Below are positions 45,437 through 55,012 of a DNA stretch of 64,000 nt, piece by piece (positions within the stretch are counted from its first letter, which is position 1; each line of letters starts with the position of its first letter). The notes beneath the pieces are model-generated. The model was given only the letters and a program-made list of their open reading frames with translations. It searched no databases and was not told the DNA's origin. The translations under genes and the position numbers were made by a program. The DNA lies in the IMG/VR virus record IMGVR_UViG_3300037313_001959; one strand, given 5' to 3'. This stretch comes from a virus.

Positions 45437-46363
45437 TTGGTAGTTATAAGCTGGAGTATGATGGAAGACCTTTATAAGATTCTTGGAGTGTCGCGCGATG
45501 ATGATGCAGAGGCACTGAAGCGCGCGTATAAAGAGCTAGCAAAACAATACCATCCTGATCGGAATCCGGGAAATAAACAGGCTGAGGACAGGTTCAAAGA
45601 AGTCAACAACGCTTATGATATTTTGAGTGATCCACAAAAAAAGGCCGCGTATGACCGGGAAAATTTTCAGATGGGTGGTCGTCCGTTCCATGGTGGGATG
45701 CATACCCAAGCCCACTATGGTACTGGTCCCTTTACCGGATCTGGTTTCAATACTGGCAATGTTGACGACTTATTTGCCGATGTCTTTGGGCCTTTTGCTC
45801 GTCGACATGGTGGATCACAGCAACGGGTTTACCAAAACCAGCATATAAATCTCAATTACCAGATGACACTGGAAGAGGCATTTCACGGGAAAGAGACAGA
45901 AGTCATTTATTCCTTTCGTGGTAAATTGAACCAAAGCTTAAAGCTTACCATTCCACCCGGCATTGTGGATGGTATGAAGATACGCTTTGCCGGCAAGGGC
46001 GATGACTCACTTAAGGGCGTGCCACCCGGTGACCTTTTTGTTACGATAGGCATCGTTGCTCATCCGAGGTTTCAAAGGCTTGAGCAGCTAACATTGCTAG
46101 CTAGTGAAAGCGTTACCTATCTAGACGCAATCTTGGGATGCGAACGAGAGCTTCGCACCATTGATGGTACAACAATCAGCATTGACATACCCGCGAATAT
46201 TAGTGACGGCACATTGTTGAAAGTGTCGGGTAAGGGGATGAAAGATCAACTAGGGCGGCGCGGTGACCTCCTCGTTGAGGTTAAACTAGTGCCACCGAAA
46301 TTGACTTCCAAACAGCGTTCAATTTTGACTGCTGTCCAGAACGAAATTAAATTAACATCCTGA
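45437..46363 (+). CDS. dnaJ: Class B J-domain chaperone (CbpA/DnaJ-like, no zinc finger)
   Basis: DLYKILGV...LAKQYHPDRN...G/F-rich region...LEEAFHGK...GKG...GDLFV; true start probably an ATG near 45458-45461. Confidence 0.93.
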   Translation: MVVISWSMMEDLYKILGVSRDDDAEALKRAYKELAKQYHPDRNPGNKQAEDRFKEVNNAYDILSDPQKKAAYDRENFQMGGRPFHGGMHTQAHYGTGPFTGSGFNTGNVDDLFADVFGPFARRHGGSQQRVYQNQHINLNYQMTLEEAFHGKETEVIYSFRGKLNQSLKLTIPPGIVDGMKIRFAGKGDDSLKGVPPGDLFVTIGIVAHPRFQRLEQLTLLASESVTYLDAILGCERELRTIDGTTISIDIPANISDGTLLKVSGKGMKDQLGRRGDLLVEVKLVPPKLTSKQRSILTAVQNEIKLTS

Positions 46364-46393
46364 TGTTAATGTACATCCCACATTAAGGAGATT

Positions 46394-48742
46394 TTGATGG
46401 GATTAAATCAATTCGACCCAAGTAAAGCCAATGAATGTGCGGTGCGGGCCTTTAAAATTGCTGCTGACTTCAATCATGAATACGTTACACTTGAGCATTT
46501 GCTTTTTTCGCTCCTCAACGAAGACAGCATCACACAGATACTTGATGAAATTGGCACCAATATCCCTGAACTTATGAGTGACCTACAGGCATATTTTAAC
46601 ACTGACTTAGGCATGAAGTCCAGTGGCCGACGACCGCCACGGCGCACTAGCTCATTGCAGCGTGTCGCTGACCGTGCTGTTTCGCAAGTTATGTTCTCTG
46701 GCCGACGGGTCATGGAACCAAGCGATCTGCTTGTTTCACTCATGCAGGAACCCGATTGCCATGCTGAATTCTTCCTCCGGAAAAACGGCGCCGATCTTGT
46801 CAAATTAAAGCGGTTCTTGTCACACGGCGAGGTTGATCACGATGGAATAGCTTCTGAAACAATTGACTCGCCGGTGCACCAGCAGACGCCCGCTGAGTCT
46901 GGCGAACCAACTAAACGAGCAGACAAGCTACTGCGCAAGTATTGCGTCCTGCTTAACGAGCGTGCGTCTGAGGGGCGTATAGACCCCCTTATAGGCAGAG
47001 AACAAGATGTCGAACGCCTTGTGCTCGTGCTTGCACGTCGACACAAAAATAACCCGATAATTGTTGGAGAACCCGGGGTCGGAAAAAGCCAGTTAATCCA
47101 CGGTCTTGCACTAAAAATTGTAAATGGTGAAGTTCCTGAAGTCCTTAAGCCTGTACAGGTGTGGAGCCTCGATATTGGCGCACTGATGGCAGGCACGAAG
47201 TTTCGGGGCGACATGGAAGAACGTATAAAAAATGTCCTCCGCTCAATCGAATTGGTCGAAAGGAATAGCGATACACGCATTATCCTTTTTATTGATGAAA
47301 TCCATATGATAATGGGTGCAGGTGGTGGCTCCCAAGGCAGTATGGACGTGTCGAACTTACTGAAGCCAGCGCTTTCGAACGGTGACCTGCGTTGCATTGG
47401 CAGTACTACATTCGATGAATATCGGAAACATTTCGAAAAAGACCGGGCACTGTTGCGGCGCTTTCAAAAGCTTGATATCAGCGAGCCATCAATTGCCGAT
47501 GCAAAAAAGATATTGCGCGGGGTTGCCCCAGCATATGCGCAGTTTCACGGCGTTCAATACGACGGCGATGCATTAGATGCTGCTGTGGAATTGAGCGCAC
47601 GGCACATTACCGACCGGGTGCTGCCCGACAAAGCGATAGATGTTATTGACGTTGCTGGCGCGAGGCAGCGGCTGATAAAAAATACGCCTGACTTTAAAGA
47701 GCATATTACAGTTACGATGATTGAGACTGAGGTTGCTTCCTTGGCAAAAATTCCAGCAAGAAACATTAAGGACGATGAGGCTACAAAACTGGCGGCACTG
47801 GACAGTGACTTACAGGCTGTCGTTTTCGATCAAAACGAAGCCATCGAACAATTGACAAATGCAATTTATATGAGTCGCGCTGGTCTGCGCGAACCAAATA
47901 AGCCAGTAGGAAACTACCTTTTTGTCGGACCTAGTGGCGTGGGCAAAACTGCGGTTTGCAAACAGCTAGCCCAAACTTTGGGTGTGCCACTGGTCCGTTT
48001 CGACATGAGCGAGTATATGGAGAAACACACTGTTTCTAGATTAATTGGCGCGCCACCCGGCTATGTAGGCTTTGCTGACGGACAAAGTGGCAGCGGTTTA
48101 CTCACAAATGCGGTTGAAACTTCGCCACATTGTGTGTTGCTGTTGGACGAAATCGAAAAGGCTCATCAAGATGTATTGAACATCCTCCTGCAAGTTATGG
48201 ACGATGGTAGGCTGACATCAGGCACTGGTAAAACAGTGAATTTCACCAATGTAGTGCTCATTATGACATCGAATGCTGGCGCCGCGTTAATGGAACAGGA
48301 GCCAATTGGTTTCCAACGCACTGAGCGCGACGGCGAAGACGAAAAAGTGATTAAAGACCTGTTTGCTCCTGAATTCAGAAACAGGCTTGACGCAGTTGTA
48401 AGATTCAATAAACTAGCTCCAGCAACGATGATAAAGGTGGTCGATAAATTTCTCGATGAGCTTAACACGCTCGCATCCGATAAAAACGTTATTATTCGTG
48501 CTTCTCCTGAAGCTAAGGATTGGTTGGCAAAGAAAGGCTATAGCCCAAAATTTGGGGCCCGACCACTCGCCCGTGTAATTGACGAATATGTGAAAAAGCC
48601 ATTAAGTCGTGAGATGCTATTTGGAAAGCTTAAACAAGGCGGCATATCGTTTTTAACGTTGGAGGATGATGTATTACAGTTGTCATCGGAAGCTTTACCA
48701 GCAGTCAGCACGATAGATTTCAAAATTGCACAATCGCCTTAA
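46394..48742 (+). CDS. clpA: ATP-dependent Clp protease ATP-binding subunit ClpA
   Basis: HEYVTLEHLL N-domain, IDPLIGRE, two Walker A motifs (GEPGVGKS, GPSGVGKT), FIDEIH, LLDEIEKAH, GARPLAR. Confidence 0.95.
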   Translation: MMGLNQFDPSKANECAVRAFKIAADFNHEYVTLEHLLFSLLNEDSITQILDEIGTNIPELMSDLQAYFNTDLGMKSSGRRPPRRTSSLQRVADRAVSQVMFSGRRVMEPSDLLVSLMQEPDCHAEFFLRKNGADLVKLKRFLSHGEVDHDGIASETIDSPVHQQTPAESGEPTKRADKLLRKYCVLLNERASEGRIDPLIGREQDVERLVLVLARRHKNNPIIVGEPGVGKSQLIHGLALKIVNGEVPEVLKPVQVWSLDIGALMAGTKFRGDMEERIKNVLRSIELVERNSDTRIILFIDEIHMIMGAGGGSQGSMDVSNLLKPALSNGDLRCIGSTTFDEYRKHFEKDRALLRRFQKLDISEPSIADAKKILRGVAPAYAQFHGVQYDGDALDAAVELSARHITDRVLPDKAIDVIDVAGARQRLIKNTPDFKEHITVTMIETEVASLAKIPARNIKDDEATKLAALDSDLQAVVFDQNEAIEQLTNAIYMSRAGLREPNKPVGNYLFVGPSGVGKTAVCKQLAQTLGVPLVRFDMSEYMEKHTVSRLIGAPPGYVGFADGQSGSGLLTNAVETSPHCVLLLDEIEKAHQDVLNILLQVMDDGRLTSGTGKTVNFTNVVLIMTSNAGAALMEQEPIGFQRTERDGEDEKVIKDLFAPEFRNRLDAVVRFNKLAPATMIKVVDKFLDELNTLASDKNVIIRASPEAKDWLAKKGYSPKFGARPLARVIDEYVKKPLSREMLFGKLKQGGISFLTLEDDVLQLSSEALPAVSTIDFKIAQSP

Positions 48743-48796
48743 TTTAAAAAGGGGGATAACCATCCCCGCAGATCGGACCATTTTAGGAGTTCGATT

Positions 48797-49147
48797 GTGC
48801 ATTCTAGCCTGGCTGCTACCTTATTTGACCGGCACCTTTTGACACGCGAGATGGAGATTGAAGCTACGATAGCAGGAGCTGCGTTAGGGAACGTTCATAC
48901 AATTACAATTCATGAATTATTTCATGTAAAGTCCGTCTTTAGAACAGATGACAATCATATTATGATTGTCGGTGCAAGGACAACCGATGGCGAGGAGAAA
49001 CTAATCCACAGCGACAATGTACTCGGCATTGACGGCATGACTCCTGCGCGTTTTGCAGCAGTTTATAATATAGGCCCAGATGGCGGCCCACGGCGAGTAG
49101 GAAAGAGGCGGGGACGGAAGCCAAAAGTGCGGATCCCGCTAGCGTAA
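48797..49147 (+). CDS. Hypothetical phage protein
   Basis: AGGAG SD; C-terminal KRRGRKPK. Confidence 0.6.
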   Translation: MHSSLAATLFDRHLLTREMEIEATIAGAALGNVHTITIHELFHVKSVFRTDDNHIMIVGARTTDGEEKLIHSDNVLGIDGMTPARFAAVYNIGPDGGPRRVGKRRGRKPKVRIPLA

Positions 49148-49166
49148 TAGAACAACCCTCCTATAG

Positions 49167-49173
49167 CTAAATA
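49167..49173 (+). promoter_or_regulatory. CTAAATA motif upstream of the structural block
   Basis: Exact heptamer 25 nt before the ATG, followed by an AGGAGG SD. Confidence 0.6.
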
Positions 49174-49197
49174 TCTAGCTTTTTAGGAGGGTTTTCC

Positions 49198-50640
49198 ATG
49201 GCTAGTATTCTACTGCTGCAATCTATGCAAGGTTCACTAGACAAAATAGGTGACCCAGCTCGCGCGGACGGCTGGTATGGCTACCCTGACTCATTGTATA
49301 CGGTGGCGCTGTCTGCAACGAATTTTATTGGCCGTGTCTATATTGAAGCAAGTCTTGCAGCAGCACCAACTGGAGCAGATTGGTTTGCTATAGGCCTCGG
49401 TAGTCCAGCGAGCAACCAGTATTTAGATTTTCCATTGAACCCAAGTGCGCCGACTGGCCTCAATGGTGGTGATACCAGCACGAAGGGGTTCTCATTCAGG
49501 GGCAATTATCTCTACCTACGGGCGAGGGTTGTGCGATCGCACCTATACAGTGTAGGGATCTCCGCTCCGGAAATAGCATTATTAGGTGACATCAGGATTG
49601 TCCTAAGCCAGAGCCAAACTACCTATTCCTCGGCATCTACATTGCCACCGGTAATGGGTTTCACTCAATTGCTGAATATCGGTTCGGGCTATCAAACCTT
49701 TGCCGGCTTAAACGACGCTGGCATTCCAACATTTCGAGCCCTTGCAGCAGGTTCTGGTATCGCCCTTAGCCAAACGGCTACCACTATAACGATAAGCAAC
49801 ACTGGATCGGGTTCAACTGGAATCTACGCACCAGCCTCTTTCCTTCAACTTAGTGATACGCCGAAAGCCTACCGGCTCCATGAGAATGATTTTGTGTGTG
49901 TCAACTCAGCTGGAACCGGTCTGGCGTTTGTGCAAGCGGCCGCTATTGCGCGTAGTGGCAATATAGTTGATGCAGATGGTATCCTTCCGACGCAAAAAGG
50001 TGGTACCGGTCTAAACAGCACTGTGCCGAATACTGTTCTGTATTGCAGCGGCACAAATGAAATGGCACTGACCGATCCTCCCTCCGTTGCTAATACGGTG
50101 CTAACGTGGACTGGATCCGCTTTTGCATGGCTAACAGTGGCCGAAATGAACATTGACACTACAGTGTCTGTTGAAAAAGATGGCCTCAATCGCGCCGTTG
50201 TCAACACGTTGAACTTCACTGGCTCTGGCGTATCGGTGACTAATGATGAAAATGCAGTAAGCACGATCAACATAGTTGGAGCACCACAACAATATGGTAA
50301 CAGGATAGCGTGTTATACAATTCAGGTTGCTTACAACTCGAGTAGCAACCCAACAAGTATCTTGTCTGCACCAGAGGGTTGGAACGTAACGATTGGCGCT
50401 GGAACGTCAACCATCTTTATACAACATAACCTTGGATGGCGATTGGCTAATTTTTCGATTGTATCCTATGATGGTGGATATGTCACAACGGGTGAAGGAA
50501 CAGTCTTCACACAGACATTTGCAGGATTTCCAGACAATAATTCGCTCCAACTAAACAATATGACAAACCTGAATGTCAAGGTAGGAAATTCCAGCCCTTC
50601 CGCGTTTATCTATGTCGATTTGTTTTTTATCATAGGTTAA
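49198..50640 (+). CDS. Probable virion structural protein
   Basis: Beta/Gly/Ser/Thr-rich; LPTQKGGTGL fibre-type motif; heads the tail-fibre gene block. Confidence 0.65.
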   Translation: MASILLLQSMQGSLDKIGDPARADGWYGYPDSLYTVALSATNFIGRVYIEASLAAAPTGADWFAIGLGSPASNQYLDFPLNPSAPTGLNGGDTSTKGFSFRGNYLYLRARVVRSHLYSVGISAPEIALLGDIRIVLSQSQTTYSSASTLPPVMGFTQLLNIGSGYQTFAGLNDAGIPTFRALAAGSGIALSQTATTITISNTGSGSTGIYAPASFLQLSDTPKAYRLHENDFVCVNSAGTGLAFVQAAAIARSGNIVDADGILPTQKGGTGLNSTVPNTVLYCSGTNEMALTDPPSVANTVLTWTGSAFAWLTVAEMNIDTTVSVEKDGLNRAVVNTLNFTGSGVSVTNDENAVSTINIVGAPQQYGNRIACYTIQVAYNSSSNPTSILSAPEGWNVTIGAGTSTIFIQHNLGWRLANFSIVSYDGGYVTTGEGTVFTQTFAGFPDNNSLQLNNMTNLNVKVGNSSPSAFIYVDLFFIIG

Positions 50641-50643
50641 TCC

Positions 50644-51753
50644 ATGGCTATCTATCCGCCAAAAATTCTTCAGATGGAGGCAACACACATCACAGTCTTG
50701 TCCTATGTTGACGCGGACGCGACAGAAGATACCGTGGATGATTATTGGCACCAACAGCCATACAGGTGGCAAGTTGACCTAAAAATATCGCCACTGACCC
50801 ATAGCAGCCCGGAAACACCAACACCATTTTTCTGGACCGGCTCTGATATCCAGGTAGGCGACTGGATCGCCAGCATGACAACAGGAAACTGTGTCCAGGT
50901 AGTTGCCATCAACGCGCAGCATGATACTGTAGCAACGCTAGTTGTTGAGGATGTTGAGCGGTTTAACACGTATTGCGACGCGTCCCAATCCGGCTATGGA
51001 GGGTTAGATTTAGGAAGCTGTTTACTGTTTCAATTAACAGAAGAAGGGCGGCCAGTTGAACTCGGCGCCACGTCGGTAACATTCTCTCCGCACTTCCAGG
51101 CGCAATTGGCGTCACGGTTTTATTATCGGAATAACTTGCAGCGCTACATCAGGGTATTCCAGCCATTACATGGCTTCCAATTGGGTGATCTTATAGCGCC
51201 CGATGCCAACAATTCAAACCAATATGTTCTTGCCACATCTGCTGCCAATACCGTGGGCGTAATCAACGATATAGCTACGCCGAACCGCGATTGGTTTACG
51301 TTTGCCGCGTTCGGAAGAATTGCCTACAACGTAAAGCCTCCACTTACTGGCAGCTTTGGCACTGCACATTACCTTGATCCAACCCGGCCGGGAAAAATTA
51401 CCAGTGTACAGCCAGCGAGGAACCCACAATTGGTCTATCTTCAGCTTGGGTCACCCCATATAGCTATGCAATTTAGTATGCCAAATGGTGGTGCAAGCAC
51501 AAGCCAAACCACTGAATTAGCTGCGGTAGCGCAATACAACCACTCTGGCGCTACTATTACGACAGGTGCATATACAATACACGGATTTTTTGAGCAATCG
51601 CCGATACAATCAACTGTGGATGTCACGTTCAATGGGCTCCGCCTTGACCAAGCTGATTGGTCGACGGCCGGCACCGACATTACACTCAACATAGATTCAT
51701 TATCATATTCACTAGAAGCGTCTGATGTCATCTCAGCGACCTATCGATACTAG
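50644..51753 (+). CDS. Probable virion structural protein
   Basis: Position in the block; C-terminal VTFNGLRL...DVISATYRY domain. Confidence 0.6.
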   Translation: MAIYPPKILQMEATHITVLSYVDADATEDTVDDYWHQQPYRWQVDLKISPLTHSSPETPTPFFWTGSDIQVGDWIASMTTGNCVQVVAINAQHDTVATLVVEDVERFNTYCDASQSGYGGLDLGSCLLFQLTEEGRPVELGATSVTFSPHFQAQLASRFYYRNNLQRYIRVFQPLHGFQLGDLIAPDANNSNQYVLATSAANTVGVINDIATPNRDWFTFAAFGRIAYNVKPPLTGSFGTAHYLDPTRPGKITSVQPARNPQLVYLQLGSPHIAMQFSMPNGGASTSQTTELAAVAQYNHSGATITTGAYTIHGFFEQSPIQSTVDVTFNGLRLDQADWSTAGTDITLNIDSLSYSLEASDVISATYRY

Positions 51754-51777
51754 CGTCGACCATATCCGGAGACAATT

Positions 51778-52446
51778 ATGCCTTTACTCAAAGTAAAGCA
51801 AATTAAAGGGCCTGAGAATAACGATCTCGGATCAGTTATTTCCTTTGACGGAACACGGCCCGTATGGTCATCAGATTTATCGTCGGCGCTCCTTATTCCA
51901 CAAGGGCCATCAGCAGCGAGGCCGACAACTGCTGGCAGCGCTAGCTACCTGCGGTTTAACACCGATGCTATGCTTCTGGAAAGCAACGTGGCAGGTGGCT
52001 GGCAAACCCTGGCCACGTTGTCTTCTCCTGGCTTCTCAGGAGCGCCTACAGCACCAACACCGGATGCAGCCGCGTTCGACACCCGTATTGCAACCACCGA
52101 ATTCGTCAAAAGAGCGATTGCCGCTTCACTCGGTTCGACCGGCAATCCCGATTCAACTGGTGAAGTCATAAAGATAACAGCCGGCACGACCTACACATGC
52201 AGTGGAACAGAGAATGCTCTGATTGTCAAAAAACCAGATGGCCCAGAGACTAGCGTTCTCCTGACTGCAACGCCGTCTTTCGGTCAGCGGATATTTATAA
52301 AAGACGGAAGCGGTTCCGCTAGCGAGTTCAATATTACGATAATGCCAGCGTCAGGAACGATAGACGGCAACAGCCAGATCGTTATCTCACAGCCATACGA
52401 AGCATTTCTGCTCCTATATGACGGCTCAGACTGGAACATACTCTAA
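51778..52446 (+). CDS. Short tail-fibre-like protein
   Basis: FSGAPTAPT...RIATTEFV fibre repeat; C-terminal domain shared with the next gene (IKDG.G....NITI.PA.GTIDG...QPYEA..L.Y.G..WNI). Confidence 0.75.
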   Translation: MPLLKVKQIKGPENNDLGSVISFDGTRPVWSSDLSSALLIPQGPSAARPTTAGSASYLRFNTDAMLLESNVAGGWQTLATLSSPGFSGAPTAPTPDAAAFDTRIATTEFVKRAIAASLGSTGNPDSTGEVIKITAGTTYTCSGTENALIVKKPDGPETSVLLTATPSFGQRIFIKDGSGSASEFNITIMPASGTIDGNSQIVISQPYEAFLLLYDGSDWNIL

Positions 52447-52451
52447 TTCTA

Positions 52452-52458
52452 CTAAATA
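52452..52458 (+). promoter_or_regulatory. CTAAATA motif upstream of the 836-aa fibre gene
   Basis: Exact heptamer 35 nt before the ATG. Confidence 0.55.
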
Positions 52459-52492
52459 ATTTCTAGCTTCCGTCTTCCGTCGAGGGATCATT

Positions 52493-55003
52493 ATGGCATA
52501 TCTTGGTACTAATGCTACAGCACTGTTTGAAATAGGTACGAATGGCTTACTTGTGCAAACGGCTAAAGGCACATTTACCACTCGTTCTCTTTCGGCAGGC
52601 ACTGGTATCACGATCACCAATGCAGACGGCGTAGCCGGAGCGCCATCGCTTGCACTAACATCAGGAATAGTTTCGCCTGGTACCTATAGTAAGCTCACAG
52701 TCGACACATATGGCCGCGTAACAACAGGAGCAGCACTTGCCCTTGCGGATATCCAATCCGCCGTCGGAACGCAGGCAAACAATGTGGTCTTTGCCGGCCC
52801 CGCAAGTGGCGGCCCGCTGGCACCGACGTGGCGGCAGCTGGCGAATACAGACATCACTGGTCTGGGCACGATGTCCACTCAGAATGCTAGCGCAGTAGCG
52901 ATCACTGGTGGCACGGTCAATGGCACAACTATTGGTGCAACAACGCCATCTACTGGCGTTTTTACAAACCTCACTGCTAATACGAACTTCACGCTTAATG
53001 GCACAACCGTTACCAATATAGGCGGCGCCAGCGGCCTCGCGACCTTGGACGGGACTGGAAAGCTGACAACAGGTCAGATACCGGCCTCCCTTGTTGGCGC
53101 AGTAGTTTATCAAGGCGTGTGGAATGCGTCAACGAATAGCCCAACACTGGTATCGAGCACAGGCACCAAAGGCAATTACTACAAAGTCTCAGTTGCTGGA
53201 TCGACCTCAATTGATGGTATAAGCCAATGGAATATTGGCGACACAATCATATTTGACGGCACGACGTGGGACAAGATCGATGGCATAGCAAGCGAGGTTA
53301 TAAGCGTTGCCGGACGAACCGGCGCAGTCACACTGGCAGTTGCCGACGTTACCGGTGCAGCACCGCTAGCTTCACCAACTTTTACAGGCACTCCGGCGGC
53401 GCCTACTGCTACCGCCAATACTAATACAACCCAGCTAGCAACGACGGCATTTGTACTTGGACAAGCTTCATCGACAAGTCCAAATATGGACGGCACAGCC
53501 ACGGTGGGCACTGGCACAACGTTCGCACGTGCTGACCACATCCATCCAACCGACACCTCTCGGGCGCCTCTTGCATCCCCAGCGCTTACAGGCACGCCGA
53601 CCGCTCCGACAGCGGCAGCAGGCGATTCGTCTACTACCATCGCCACAACGGCGTTCGTGGCTAACGCAACCGGTAGCTTCGCTACGATTTCGGTTGCCGG
53701 TGGCTCTAATGTTACGCTCACAACTACACAAAGCGCTAACAATTCTATCAGCTTTACCGGCGCATTGACGGCGAATATTGCTGTCATTGTGCCAAGCACG
53801 CCAAACTGGTGCACGTTCAGCAACAACACCAGTGGTGCATTCACGCTTACTGTGAAAACGTCAGCCGGCACAGGTGTAGCTATAACGCAAGGCAAGTCAG
53901 TCACCTTGTACTGCGACGGCACCAACGTTTATACTTCGACCACCGATTTTCCAAGCATCGCTCTAACAGGCGTTCCCACAGCTCCGACTGCATCGGTCAA
54001 CACCAATACTACCCAGATTGCGACAACGGCGTTTGTTATGGGACAGGTCTCAGCCGGTGCGGTGACTAGTGTCGTTGGTGCTACTGGCGTCGTCACACTA
54101 GCAAACTTGACCTCAGGTGGTGTTGCGCCGCTGGCTTCTCCAACGTTTACTGGCACGCCTGCTGCACCAACTGCTGCTCTTAACACCAACACAACGCAAG
54201 TAGCAACTACGGCCTTTGTGCTGGGCCAGGCGTCAAGCACTACACCGTTGATCGATGGCACTGCCGCAGTTGGCACCGGCACAACATTCGCACGCGCCGA
54301 CCACGTCCACCCGACAGACACAAGCCGTGCAGCTCTTGCCTCCCCGACATTCACGGGCACACCTGCCGCGCCGACCGCGGCTGCCAACACAAACACAACA
54401 CAGCTTGCCACTACAGCTTTTGTCCTGGGGCAGGCGTCGAGCACCACGCCGTTAATTGATGGCACTGCCGCGGTGGGTACTGGCACAACGTTTGCACGTG
54501 CCGACCACGTCCATCCGACCGATACGACCAGGGCACCCCTCGCTTCGCCGACTTTTACTGGCACGGTCACTATTCCGTCGGGCGCATCAATTTCAGGCTA
54601 TGCGCCACTCGCCTCACCAACCTTTACTGGCACGCCTGTTGCGCCAACTGCGGCAGCTAACACTAGCACTACCCAGATCGCTACTACCGCATTTGTGATC
54701 GGCCAACAACTCTTATCACCGGTGACCGTTTTTACTACCGTTGGCAGTTACACGGTGGCGGCAACCGACCAATATGTGATTATCAACAAGTCGGCAGGAG
54801 CGGCAACAGGCGTAACATTGCCGAGTTCACCGGCAACTGGAAGAATGATCACAGTCAAAGATGGCAAAGGCGACGCAGCAACTAACAATATAACGATAAC
54901 GCCAGCTGCAGGAACGATCGACGGCGCTGCGAGTCTGGTTATGGACCAGCCTTATGAAGCATACAGTCTGATATACAATGGCACGATGTGGAACATCGTC
55001 TAG
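52493..55003 (+). CDS. Tail fibre protein (836 aa)
   Basis: Repeated APLASPTFTGTPAAPTA...TTQ.ATTAFV and three ARADH[IV]HPTDT modules. Confidence 0.88.
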   Translation: MAYLGTNATALFEIGTNGLLVQTAKGTFTTRSLSAGTGITITNADGVAGAPSLALTSGIVSPGTYSKLTVDTYGRVTTGAALALADIQSAVGTQANNVVFAGPASGGPLAPTWRQLANTDITGLGTMSTQNASAVAITGGTVNGTTIGATTPSTGVFTNLTANTNFTLNGTTVTNIGGASGLATLDGTGKLTTGQIPASLVGAVVYQGVWNASTNSPTLVSSTGTKGNYYKVSVAGSTSIDGISQWNIGDTIIFDGTTWDKIDGIASEVISVAGRTGAVTLAVADVTGAAPLASPTFTGTPAAPTATANTNTTQLATTAFVLGQASSTSPNMDGTATVGTGTTFARADHIHPTDTSRAPLASPALTGTPTAPTAAAGDSSTTIATTAFVANATGSFATISVAGGSNVTLTTTQSANNSISFTGALTANIAVIVPSTPNWCTFSNNTSGAFTLTVKTSAGTGVAITQGKSVTLYCDGTNVYTSTTDFPSIALTGVPTAPTASVNTNTTQIATTAFVMGQVSAGAVTSVVGATGVVTLANLTSGGVAPLASPTFTGTPAAPTAALNTNTTQVATTAFVLGQASSTTPLIDGTAAVGTGTTFARADHVHPTDTSRAALASPTFTGTPAAPTAAANTNTTQLATTAFVLGQASSTTPLIDGTAAVGTGTTFARADHVHPTDTTRAPLASPTFTGTVTIPSGASISGYAPLASPTFTGTPVAPTAAANTSTTQIATTAFVIGQQLLSPVTVFTTVGSYTVAATDQYVIINKSAGAATGVTLPSSPATGRMITVKDGKGDAATNNITITPAAGTIDGAASLVMDQPYEAYSLIYNGTMWNIV

Positions 55004-55012
55004 TAATTTGAT

